Below, piece by piece: positions 18,443 through 26,862 of a DNA stretch of 40,368 nucleotides. Position 1 is the first letter of the stretch; each line of letters begins with the position of its first letter. The position numbers and the translations under genes are program-made. The DNA is from Deltaproteobacteria bacterium (GTDB lineage: Bacteria; Myxococcota; JACRCW01). Under the pieces are notes generated by a model. It made no database searches, had not been told where the DNA came from, and was given only the letters and a program-made list of their open reading frames with translations. The stretch lies in the NCBI GenBank assembly GCA_016218805.1, contig JACRCW010000083.1, positions 1-40,368 on the forward strand, in the 5' to 3' direction.

Positions 18443-18493
18443 CCACCGCCGCGCTTTCACGGAGAAATCCGGGGGGCGCGGCGGTGGTGTTTG
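18443..18493 (+). terminator. GC-rich hairpin directly after tRNA-Pro
   Basis: CCACCGCCGCGC (18443-18454) pairs with GCGCGGCGGTGG (18476-18487), with an inner CGGA-GAAA-TCCG hairpin, followed by TGTTTG. Confidence 0.6.
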
Positions 18494-18509
18494 AGGCGTC
18501 CGCGAGACT

Positions 18510-18536
18510 CCGCAGCGCCGGCGCAGCGATTGGCCC
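18510..18536. repeat. 27-bp direct repeat, copy 1
   Basis: ccgcagcgccggcgcagcgattggccc, identical to 19746-19772. Confidence 0.9.
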
Positions 18537-18763
18537 GGGATCGATGCCCACCACGGCGGCGAGCGAGGCGGACTCCTCGGATCGGGGGTCGATGGACGGC
18601 AGGCGGTTCACCGCCGTGCGCAGGTCGCTCAACTCGAGGTGCCCGTAGACCTGCGACGTGAACCGCGGATCGGTGTGGCGCAGCACGCGGTGGACGGTGG
18701 CGATCGAGCTCGCGCCCCTCGCGCGCGGCTGCTGCGCGAAAAGGACGTGCACCGCAGGCGGCT

Positions 18764-19048
18764 TCACAATCGCCGCGGCCACCGTCGAGCGCCGTGGAGC
18801 ACGCGCGCGATCTCCACGCGGTCTGCGCCCACGCGATAGGCCACCACGTACGGCAAGCCGGACACCACAAGCTCGCGCGTGCCCTTGGCCCGGCCGGGGC
18901 GACCCATCTTGGGAAACTCCATCTGCCCTTCGATGGCTGACAGCACGCGGTCCACGGTCTCCACCGCCGCGGCCGGGTTGTGTTGCTGGATGTATCCGAG
19001 GATGTCGTCGAGATCGTTGAGTGCGGTCTCGGCGAGAATCAGCCGCAA
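18764..19048 (-). CDS. Type II toxin, RelE/ParE family
   Basis: ALNDLDDILGYI...FPKMGRPGRAKGTRELVVSGLPYVVAYRV...EIARVLHGARRWP; overlaps the antitoxin stop. Confidence 0.92.
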   Translation of the reverse strand: MRLILAETALNDLDDILGYIQQHNPAAAVETVDRVLSAIEGQMEFPKMGRPGRAKGTRELVVSGLPYVVAYRVGADRVEIARVLHGARRWPRRL

Positions 19049-19320
19049 CGCGGTTTCTCCGCCGGGCGACCCGCCGCCTTGTTGCGCAGGTAGGCCTTCG
19101 CCTCGTCCCAGTTCACCGTGCGTCCTTCATCCGCGGCGCGCAGGCCTTCGTTCACCGCCGCGACCCACGCGTCGTCGTCCAGGAACGCCACCACGGCTTC
19201 CGCGGCCAGCTCCGCCTCGCTGCAGTGCTCCTCGGCAGCGCGTGCCCGCAGGCGCTCCAGCGCCTCCGCTGGCAGGTGAAGCGTCAGTTCCTTCGAGGTT
19301 GCTGGGACGGGCTGGCTCAT
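19039..19320 (-). CDS. CopG/RHH-type antitoxin
   Basis: N-terminal LTLHLPAEALERLRARA RHH pattern and acidic EGLRAADEGRTV segment; lies directly upstream of the toxin. Confidence 0.85.
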   Translation of the reverse strand: MSQPVPATSKELTLHLPAEALERLRARAAEEHCSEAELAAEAVVAFLDDDAWVAAVNEGLRAADEGRTVNWDEAKAYLRNKAAGRPAEKPRCG

Positions 19321-19559
19321 ACCCGGAGTGTACCACCGTCCCAGGCTCCTTTCAGCCGGCCGTGGCTGGAGACGCCCGCTCGTCGACAGCATCGGCGTCC
19401 ATCGCGTCGCCGCCCCTTCTTGCAGCGCGCGGCTCCCGGTCGGCAGCGGCTATCGCTCGTCCTCCGATTCGTGGCCCTCGGTGCGGGCGCCGACCGCAAC
19501 CGGACGAGGGTCTTGCCGCGGCGACTGCATCGGAGGGCGCTGCGGCCCACGAACGCCGC

Positions 19560-19715
19560 TTGCGCCGCTGAACAGCGCGAGATCCTCCTCGCGCACGCGG
19601 ATCGCGTTGAGAACGCGGACGTGCGGCAGGCGCCCCTCCTCGCAGAGGCGTAGACGGTGGCCTTGCAGACGCCCTGGCGGGCGGCGACCGCAGGCACCGA
19701 GAGGAGGGACGCGCC
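19560..19715 (-). pseudogene. Excisionase-like HTH (HTH_17) with a 1-bp frameshift
   Basis: LLSVPAVAARQGVCKATVY in one frame continues as LCEEGRLPHVRVLNAIRVREEDL in another; one base is missing near 19647. Confidence 0.75.
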
Positions 19716-19745
19716 CCTGCCCGGGACGAGTTTGAGCGCCGCGGG

Positions 19746-19772
19746 CCGCAGCGCCGGCGCAGCGATTGGCCC
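19746..19772. repeat. 27-bp direct repeat, copy 2
   Basis: Identical to 18510-18536. Confidence 0.9.
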
Positions 19773-19914
19773 CTGATTGGGTGCGACCAGGCGGGACCCG
19801 TGCGAAGGGGTGGGCGGCCGATGCTCAACGATCTCGACGGGTTGAGAGTCAGTGCCACGACGTGCAAACGCCTGTTGGGCGCGGGATGCGTGTCCACGCG
19901 GACGAGGACGCAAC

Positions 19915-21393
19915 TCAGCGTGCGGACCGCACGCAATCGCGCACGCGCGTGGGTGCGCGGCTGCGGTTGGCCTGCGGGTTCACCAGGATGAGGAACCGAT
20001 CCAGGTGGTCACCGGCAAACTCCCGGCCCTCGCTGCAGGTCCACCCTTCCGGAATGGCCACATTGACATGCGACGCGCCCAGCACCACGCGGACCTGGTC
20101 CCCGCGCAGCTCTTCCCGCCATTTCTTCTGGAACAATTCCTCGTCGGCAAACGCTTCCATCACCTGCGCACCCCAACCGGCGTACAGGGGGGCCAGCCGC
20201 ACACCCACCCCCAGGCCCAGCACCGCGGCCGGTGGCTGTTGTGACGCCAGTTCCTTCAGCGGCTCATTCACATTGCGCCGCGGGTCCGCCAGCGTGAACA
20301 CCCCCAGCAGGACGGCGTTGCCCACCGCAAACATGAGCACACCTGCGCGCCGCCACCGTGCCCCGCTGTCCCACGCGTCCACCAGCCCGGCCGCCAGCAG
20401 CACCATGAACAGCGGGAGCACCGTGAACATGAAGCGCTCCTCCTTGTGCCCCACCAGCGAATGCACCACCGCGAACACCACCAGCGCGCTGGTGAGCGTC
20501 ACCATCCCCCGTGCGGCGTCCAGCATGCCGCGCCAGATGGCCGCGGTGAGCGGCGGAAACGTGAGCCCCACAAAAAACGCCAGGAACACATGCCAGGGCA
20601 TCACGCCGTAGGAGTTGGCCCATTGGAGCTGGTAGTCCACGTACCGGAACAGGACGACAAAGAAGCCACCCTGCGTGTGGAGATCCACAAACCCCTGCAG
20701 CAGCGCAGGCAGCACACCGCCCGCGCACAGGGACAGGATCAGCCGGGAACGGTTGTGCTGGCGCGCCGCCAGCACCACGGCAACCACGAACACCAGCCCC
20801 ACGTGGAAGCGGAACAACGCGGCCAGTCCCAGGCACGCGCCCGCCGCCACTCCGTCGGCAACGCGCGGGTGCGCAGCCGTGCGCATGCGTTCAAACAACC
20901 ACAGGCCGGCCACCATGGGCGGTGCCGCGGCGGACTCCACCAGCGCCTGCGTGCTCACGTGCGGCATCATGAACTGCACCGCCACCAGCCACGCGGCCAC
21001 CACGGAGACCGCCTCTGACAGGTGAATCCGGGCCAACCGGTAGGTGAACACCACTGACAGCAACGACCAGGCCCCCAGCGCCGTGTAGCTCAGGTGCAGC
21101 AGCGTGGTGGGGGCTTCCATTCCCACCGCGCGCCCCGCTTTCATGACGCCATGGAGCAGCAACGGGAGGAACGCGGAGCGGAAGTTGGACGGCATGGGCG
21201 CGTCCGGCTCAAACAGCCAGCGCCACGCCGGGTCCAACACGTGAAAGTAGCAGTCGCTGGCGAAGTACCCGTCGCACCACCACGCCGCCACCAGGCGCAA
21301 CAGGCCACCGGCGAGCAGCGCCCACCACACCTGCCGCGGCACCCGCGCGTTGTGTTCTCCCGACGGCGTCATGAGGTGGACGCCGGATGCCAT
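19915..21393 (-). CDS. GT-C glycosyltransferase, Alg9/PIG-B (GT22)-like mannosyltransferase
   Basis: Multiple TM helices; N-terminal loop SDCYFHVLDPA, FRS, LAALFRF, and HSLVGHKEERFM (HKExRF motif). Alternative start at 21372. Confidence 0.8.
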   Translation of the reverse strand: MASGVHLMTPSGEHNARVPRQVWWALLAGGLLRLVAAWWCDGYFASDCYFHVLDPAWRWLFEPDAPMPSNFRSAFLPLLLHGVMKAGRAVGMEAPTTLLHLSYTALGAWSLLSVVFTYRLARIHLSEAVSVVAAWLVAVQFMMPHVSTQALVESAAAPPMVAGLWLFERMRTAAHPRVADGVAAGACLGLAALFRFHVGLVFVVAVVLAARQHNRSRLILSLCAGGVLPALLQGFVDLHTQGGFFVVLFRYVDYQLQWANSYGVMPWHVFLAFFVGLTFPPLTAAIWRGMLDAARGMVTLTSALVVFAVVHSLVGHKEERFMFTVLPLFMVLLAAGLVDAWDSGARWRRAGVLMFAVGNAVLLGVFTLADPRRNVNEPLKELASQQPPAAVLGLGVGVRLAPLYAGWGAQVMEAFADEELFQKKWREELRGDQVRVVLGASHVNVAIPEGWTCSEGREFAGDHLDRFLILVNPQANRSRAPTRVRDCVRSAR

Positions 21394-21468
21394 TGCACCG
21401 CGCGGAATGCAACGGGGCGGGGGCGCCTTGGCGGTGCGCGCCGGTGCGTGTTAGCGGCCACGCCCATC

Positions 21469-23151
21469 ATGCTGACGTCGGAAACCGGGTCCCTTCCGTT
21501 GTTGCGGGCCGCGCGTGGCGCCATGGTGGTGTCCTGCCTGTGCTCAGCGTTGTTGTGGCCGCTGGGGCTGGGCGTGGACGTCCAGGACCATGATGAGTCC
21601 ACGTATGCCGAACTCGCCCGGGAAATGGTGGAGCGTGGCGAATACTGGGACCTGCAATGCAACTACATGGACTGGTTTGGCCACCCGGTGCTGAGCATGT
21701 GGGTGCTGGCGGCGTCCTTCAAGCTGCTGGGCGTCTCTGAACTGGCGGTGCGGATTCCCGCGGCACTTGAGGTGATCCTGGTGCTGGCGTTGACGTGGTG
21801 GCTGGGCCGACGGCTGCACGGCCGCGCCGTGGCGGACCTGAGCGTGGCGTTGGGTGCGGCGCTCCCCGCCATGAGCCTGATGGGCCACAACGTCAAAACG
21901 GACCTCAACCTGATTCTCGTCATGGGCCTCACCATCATGGCCGCATGGGAAGCACTGGAACGCCCGCCGTGGTGGGTGGTGTCCGGCGTGGCCGCGGGGC
22001 TGGGCGTGCTCACCAAGGGACCTATTGGTCTGCTGCTGCCCGGCGCGGTGGCCCTGCTGGCCACCCTGTGGGCGGGCCGCGGCCGGGAACTGGGCCGGGG
22101 CGTGGTGTGGATGGCGCTGGGCCTGGCGGCGTTTGTTGCCACGGTGTTGCCGTGGAACCTGTTCATGTGGGGCGAACACGGCGCGCGCTGGTTTGAAGCG
22201 TTGTACTTGGAGAGCACGGTGCGCCGCTTTGGGGTGACCACGGCGCACACGGAAACCACCACGCCGCTGTATTTCCTGCACACGCTGTTGTGGGCCGCCG
22301 CCCCGGCGGTGCCGTTTGGCCTGCTGAGCCTGCTGTACCGCGCCAAGGACGTGCGCGGGCAGTGGCGCAGGCCGCCGTTTGCCACCCTTGACCTGGTGTG
22401 GCTGCTGGTCCCGCTGGCAGTGATGTCCTTCAGCTCCATGAAACTCCCGCATTACATCTTCCCGGTTCTGCCCGGGCTGTGTGTGCTGGCCGCCAGCGCC
22501 GTGGTGCAATGGGTGACGCGCGGCGGGGGCGTGTGGCTTTCGCGCGCGTTGCGCGCGGGGACGCTGCTGGTCTGCCTGCTGCTGGTGGTCTTTGCGGGAG
22601 CCATGGTCACGTTCACCTTCCCGGAACGGGAGGGCGCGCGCCTGCTGACGCTGTTTCTCGTCGGAGCGTCGGTGGTGGTGGTCCTGGGCGTGGGCGTGTG
22701 GCGCGGGCAGGTGCTTCCCTGGGTTATGGCTCCGTGCCTCGCGGCGATTCTTGCGGTGAGCCTGCACAACGGGGCGGCGCGGCCGGAGCTGGCGCGCTTC
22801 AATCCGGCGCGGACGGTTGCCACCGTGCTGGACGAGGATCAGCCGCCGCGCGGGCTGCAGACCATGGTGCACACGTTCACGGAAATCTCGCGCATGTCTG
22901 TGGTCTTCTATGCACACGTCCGGCTGGAGGATTCCTCCACCGCCAAGATGCTCCACATGGTGTACGGCCGGCCGCAGTACGCCCTGGTGAACCTGGCCCA
23001 CGTGCAGGAGCTGCAACGCGCCAACTTCCACGTGCGCGTGCGCGGCTTTGCGTTCACCTTTCCCACCAGCCGCCTGTCCATTCCGTTTGCCATGGTGGGC
23101 AACCGCGAAGACCTGGCCACCCCGCTGCTGCTCATCCAGACGTGGCGTTGA
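21469..23151 (+). CDS. GT-C glycosyltransferase, ArnT/PMT_2 family
   Basis: DESTYAELAREMVERG, GVSELAVRIP, LGVLTKGPIG, KLPHYIFP motifs; many TM helices. Confidence 0.9.
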   Translation: MLTSETGSLPLLRAARGAMVVSCLCSALLWPLGLGVDVQDHDESTYAELAREMVERGEYWDLQCNYMDWFGHPVLSMWVLAASFKLLGVSELAVRIPAALEVILVLALTWWLGRRLHGRAVADLSVALGAALPAMSLMGHNVKTDLNLILVMGLTIMAAWEALERPPWWVVSGVAAGLGVLTKGPIGLLLPGAVALLATLWAGRGRELGRGVVWMALGLAAFVATVLPWNLFMWGEHGARWFEALYLESTVRRFGVTTAHTETTTPLYFLHTLLWAAAPAVPFGLLSLLYRAKDVRGQWRRPPFATLDLVWLLVPLAVMSFSSMKLPHYIFPVLPGLCVLAASAVVQWVTRGGGVWLSRALRAGTLLVCLLLVVFAGAMVTFTFPEREGARLLTLFLVGASVVVVLGVGVWRGQVLPWVMAPCLAAILAVSLHNGAARPELARFNPARTVATVLDEDQPPRGLQTMVHTFTEISRMSVVFYAHVRLEDSSTAKMLHMVYGRPQYALVNLAHVQELQRANFHVRVRGFAFTFPTSRLSIPFAMVGNREDLATPLLLIQTWR

Positions 23152-23163
23152 CGGGCCCGCCCG

Positions 23164-23703
23164 CTACTCCAGGCGTTCCAACAGCAGCGCGGGACCGCCC
23201 TCGGACCACGGCGCACCGTCCGCTTCCGCGGCCCGCGGGGTGGGTAGCGGCGGCGGCGCAAAAGGCAGACCGTGGATTTCACGCGTATTGGGATCAATCT
23301 CCCAATCATGCATGCTGTAAAGCACGAGTTTACGACCGGCCTTGCTGAGTTCCAGGCAGAGCTCAAACGGCTCCGGCGCTTTGCCGGAGCACTTCCACGC
23401 GCGGTAGCCCACCGCGAGCTTCTTGCGGTCCTGCGGAAAGCTGAGCTTGAGGGTGATGTCGTCAGATTCCCACTCAAACCCCTCCAGCACGCTGCGCCAG
23501 CGCGAGGCGACCACGGCCGCACCGAAGCGGGTGTCGTCCATGTCCAGCGCCACGGCGTGCAGCACCAGGTCGCGTTCATGACGCGGCATGCGCTCCACCC
23601 AGAGGCGGTTCTTCATCAGCTCGCGGTCATCACCGGTGGCGCGGTGCACCGCCCACGCCCCCACCAGCCCCACCGCCACCATCACCACCGCGGACCACTT
23701 CAT
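23164..23703 (-). CDS. Hypothetical membrane-anchored or secreted protein
   Basis: ATG 23703 after GGAGG; N-terminal hydrophobic helix; NRLWVERMP and C...PFELCLEL segments. Confidence 0.7.
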   Translation of the reverse strand: MKWSAVVMVAVGLVGAWAVHRATGDDRELMKNRLWVERMPRHERDLVLHAVALDMDDTRFGAAVVASRWRSVLEGFEWESDDITLKLSFPQDRKKLAVGYRAWKCSGKAPEPFELCLELSKAGRKLVLYSMHDWEIDPNTREIHGLPFAPPPLPTPRAAEADGAPWSEGGPALLLERLE

Positions 23704-23704
23704 G

Positions 23705-24013
23705 TCACCCTCCGCAACGAAACGCGCGCCCCGCGACAGTCTGCCCCGTGAAAAGCTGGTCATTCTCGGACGACTCGATGAGCAGCGCGTTGCCCCCGAG
23801 CGTCGCCACCTGGCGCTTCGCCTGGGCCAGCGCCTCGTCGTAATAGGTGGGAATACCGGCGGCCGCGGAAGCCTTCACCTTCCCCAGTTCCTTGCACGTG
23901 GCGGCCCCGTCACGGTCCACAAGTTTCACGCCGGAATCGCCGTGGCGGGCGGTGGCGCAGCCGGAAAACAGGACAATCCCCAGCAACAGGGCGTGGAGCG
24001 ACGGTGGACGCAT
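23705..24013 (-). CDS. DUF4156-like lipoprotein
   Basis: LFSG-C lipobox; CKELGKV, LGGNA, GRAFRC pattern; GGAGGAG RBS. Confidence 0.8.
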   Translation of the reverse strand: MRPPSLHALLLGIVLFSGCATARHGDSGVKLVDRDGAATCKELGKVKASAAAGIPTYYDEALAQAKRQVATLGGNALLIESSENDQLFTGQTVAGRAFRCGG

Positions 24014-24093
24014 GCTGCTCCTCCCTCCCCGCGAAACGCTACGGGCGCAGCACCACTGACGCAAGACAACGGCGCGCATTCAACGGCCATCCG

Positions 24094-24990
24094 TCAGGCC
24101 GCCACCGCCGCCCGCTCCGTCAACGCGGCCCACAGCGGCGCACCCGCGCAGGCCAGGGACAGCGCCCGTGCGCCCAACTCCGCGGGGACTGCCGGGTGGT
24201 CGCGGTTCACGCGCACCAGGTGGGCGTCCGCGTGGCGGTGGGCAATCTCTTCGGCCGGCCACCGGACCACCGGCGGCGTGTTGAACCCCGAGCCGACGTC
24301 AAGAACGAGCAGCCGTCCAGACGCCGCCTGGTCCAGCCACGCGCGCAGGCGGTGCGCCTGTGGCTGGTACGGTTTGTCAATGAACCAGTCACCCCCGCGC
24401 ACGTTGAGCATTGCGCGCCCACCACAGCGCGGGCACCGCGGTACCAGCGTGGCGTCCACCAGTTCCTCCGTTGCCAGGTCCACGCACGGCAAGGCCGCGC
24501 GCACCCACTGCTCCGCAGGCCACGTGGCGTCGTCATGGCACCGCGCCAGGCATTGCAGGCGGCTGTAGCTTCCCTGCCGTGTCCAGATGCGGCTTGGGTC
24601 AAACCCGCTGCGCTCAAACAGGTCATCCGCGTTGCTGGTGAGCACAAACCGGTCACGGTGCGCGGTGAGTGCGCACAGCTGCAGGTACGGCGTGGGGTTT
24701 GGTGGTGGCTGGAAGCGCAGTTCTTGAAGGTGACGGGCCAGGTGGCCCCATTGCACCGCCTCACTTGGCCAGGGGTAGCCGAACACGTGGTAACGGCAAC
24801 GCGGCCCGCGCTCCGCCATCCGCGGGTAGCGCCGCCCGAACTGGCGCTCATCCGTGTAGTCAAACCCGGCATCCACGCTCATGCCGGCGCCCGCCGTGAT
24901 GAGGACGTGGTCCGCCTCCGTCAGCAGCCGGTCCACCCGCTCCACCACCTCCCGCGAAAGGGCCGTGCCCTTGGTGCGTCGTTCACGCAT
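24094..24990 (-). CDS. Class M sirtuin (SirTM, NAD-dependent protein ADP-ribosyltransferase)
   Basis: ITAGAGMS, FVLTSNAD, TRQGSYSRLQC (Gln at the catalytic-His position), CxxxC/CPRC Zn finger, LDVGSGFNTPPVVRWP. Confidence 0.88.
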   Translation of the reverse strand: MRERRTKGTALSREVVERVDRLLTEADHVLITAGAGMSVDAGFDYTDERQFGRRYPRMAERGPRCRYHVFGYPWPSEAVQWGHLARHLQELRFQPPPNPTPYLQLCALTAHRDRFVLTSNADDLFERSGFDPSRIWTRQGSYSRLQCLARCHDDATWPAEQWVRAALPCVDLATEELVDATLVPRCPRCGGRAMLNVRGGDWFIDKPYQPQAHRLRAWLDQAASGRLLVLDVGSGFNTPPVVRWPAEEIAHRHADAHLVRVNRDHPAVPAELGARALSLACAGAPLWAALTERAAVAA

Positions 24991-25795
24991 GACATGCCTC
25001 CTCGGCGGCCACCGCGTAGGTGGCACGTTCGTGCTCGGTGAAGGTGACCAGGACCACGTGGTGCGGGGCCGCGTGGTCTTGGAGGTAGGAGCGGACCGCC
25101 GCCAACGCCGCCGGCGCCGCGCTGGCCACCGGGTAGCCAAACACCCCGGTGGAAATCCCGCAGAATGCGACTCGGGTCCCCAGCCCCGCCGCCGCCGCAA
25201 GACACGACGCGTAACAACGCCAAAGCAGTTCCGCGTCACCGGCCGTGGGGTCCCGTCCGGCAAGGGCGGGGCCCACGGTGTGCACCACGTGCCGCGCTGG
25301 CAGGAAGTAACCGCGGGTGACGGTGGCGGTGCCACACGGCTCCGGCCGCCCGCGCGCAACCATGATCCGGCCGCACTCCTCACGGAGGCGCGGCCCGGCC
25401 GCCGTGTGGATGGCGTTGTCCACGCATCCGTGCCGGGGCTGATAACAGCCGGTCAGCCCGGAATTGGCCGCATTGACCACGGCATCCACCTCCAGCGCGG
25501 TGATGTCCCCGTGCCAGAGACTGACCCGTGACGCCCACCCCGCCTCACCCAGGCGCGCCAGGTCAGCGGCCCGCGTAGCGGTGCGCCCGGCGGATTCGGC
25601 CGCCCACAGCGCGTCCAGCAGCGGCCAGGCTTCCGCCGGTATGGCGTCCCACGCCGTGCGCGTCAGTACGGTGCGCAACCGCTCCCGCGCCGCCGCGGCG
25701 GGCAGGACTTGGACGTCTCCCAACACGCGGCGGATTCGGCTGACGAGCGATTCGGCGGTGACGGTGGGGAGCGGGGCGGGCGGCATCGGGATCAT
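24983..25795 (-). CDS. Zn-dependent macrodomain protein-ADP-ribose hydrolase
   Basis: WHGDIT, VNAANSGLTGCYQPRHGCVDNAIH (C-x4-H-x-C zinc loop), HTVGP, ISTGVFGYP; overlaps the sirtuin start. Confidence 0.92.
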   Translation of the reverse strand: MIPMPPAPLPTVTAESLVSRIRRVLGDVQVLPAAAARERLRTVLTRTAWDAIPAEAWPLLDALWAAESAGRTATRAADLARLGEAGWASRVSLWHGDITALEVDAVVNAANSGLTGCYQPRHGCVDNAIHTAAGPRLREECGRIMVARGRPEPCGTATVTRGYFLPARHVVHTVGPALAGRDPTAGDAELLWRCYASCLAAAAGLGTRVAFCGISTGVFGYPVASAAPAALAAVRSYLQDHAAPHHVVLVTFTEHERATYAVAAEEACHA

Positions 25796-25890
25796 GGTGG
25801 GCCGTGAACGTACGGCGCCGCACCCCCGCCGGCCATGACGGGCCATCCCGCTTGTATTGCAGATCGTCTCGCCGACAGATACGAAATGGC

Positions 25891-26787
25891 ATGGACCTTC
25901 TAACGGACTGGCTGGCCAGCGCGGGAACCAGTTTGGGAATGCTGGTGCGGGCGCGCCTGGCGCTGCCGTGGGGCATGAAGCTGGAGCCACACGGCGAGGT
26001 GATGTTCCACGTGGTGGTGGGCGGCAGTTGCTGGGTGCGGACGCCGTCCGTGAAACCCCGGCGTCTCCACCAGGGCGACATGGTGCTGCTGCCCCACGGT
26101 GATGGCCATGAGCTGGCGGATGAGGCGGAGACACCGGCCGTGGCGCTCCCCGCCGTCCTGGGGCGCGCCCCACCTGCCCGCGCCGCGCCCGCCACCACGC
26201 TGCTGTGCGGGACCTATTCGTTGGAGGATCGGATCGCGCGGCCTTTGTTGCGCTCGCTGCCGCGCGTGGTGGTTTTCAGCGCGGAGCGCGTGCGCGCCCA
26301 TCCGCCGCTGGGTGCGCTGCTGGCGCTGCTGACCCGTGAGGTGGACCAGCCCCAACCCGGTGGGGACGTCCTGGTGCGCCACCTGCTGGACGCGCTGTTC
26401 ATCTACGTGGTGCGTGCGTGGCTGGCGGAGGATGCCGCCGGTCCAACCAGTTGGCTGGCCGCGCTGCGGGACCAGCCGGTGGCCAACGCGCTGTCCCGCA
26501 TGCACGCGGAGCCGGCCCGGAACTGGACGGTGCAAGGACTGGCGCGCGTGGCCGGGCTCTCACGCGCGGCGTTCGCGCGGCGCTTTGCCGGGGCCATGGG
26601 TGAACCTCCGCTCACATACCTGGCGCGCTGGCGGATGGGTCTGGCGGCGCGCCTGCTCGTTGAGTCAGACGCATCCCTGGCCGAGGTGGCCACGCGCGTG
26701 GGTTACGAATCCGAGTTCGCGTTCAGCCGCGCGTTCAAGCGCATTCGCGGCCGCGCGCCGGGCGCCTTCCGGCGCGCCGCGGCGTGA
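25891..26787 (+). CDS. AraC-family regulator with cupin_6 domain (RclR-like)
   Basis: FHVVVGGSCW, GDMVLLPHGDGH, LLCG; C-terminal WTVQGLARVAGLSRAAFARRF...VGYESEFAFSRAFKR. Confidence 0.92.
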   Translation: MDLLTDWLASAGTSLGMLVRARLALPWGMKLEPHGEVMFHVVVGGSCWVRTPSVKPRRLHQGDMVLLPHGDGHELADEAETPAVALPAVLGRAPPARAAPATTLLCGTYSLEDRIARPLLRSLPRVVVFSAERVRAHPPLGALLALLTREVDQPQPGGDVLVRHLLDALFIYVVRAWLAEDAAGPTSWLAALRDQPVANALSRMHAEPARNWTVQGLARVAGLSRAAFARRFAGAMGEPPLTYLARWRMGLAARLLVESDASLAEVATRVGYESEFAFSRAFKRIRGRAPGAFRRAAA

Positions 26788-26862
26788 GCGCGCGCCGGTC
26801 CGGCACCGCGACGCGGGTTGAATCGCCAAGACGAAAGGGATGGACGCACAGGGCCGGCGGGT

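Larger units (their letters stand above)
18375..18720 (-). pseudogene. Tyrosine integrase C-terminal fragment reading through the tRNA
   Basis: IATVHRVLRHTDPRFTSQVYGHL (box II His and catalytic Tyr); N-terminal domains are absent; ends SGRQDLNLRPLGPEPSALPG encoded by the antisense tRNA. Confidence 0.8.
18441..19907. mobile_element. Decayed tRNA-Pro-integrated element (integrase remnant, TA pair, HTH remnant)
   Basis: Adjacent to the tRNA 3' end; tyrosine-recombinase C-terminal fragment; 27-bp direct repeats; TCGA-rich composition unlike the flanks. Confidence 0.8.

Noticed and set aside
18441..19907. Active prophage or ICE
   Set aside because: The integrase lacks its N-terminal and most catalytic regions, there are no structural or conjugation genes, and no intact tRNA 3' duplication is visible.
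24094..25795. SIR2 plus macrodomain as a Thoeris-like anti-phage system
   Set aside because: The motifs are those of class M sirtuin and Zn-macro, and no TIR, SLOG or TM-macro gene is present.
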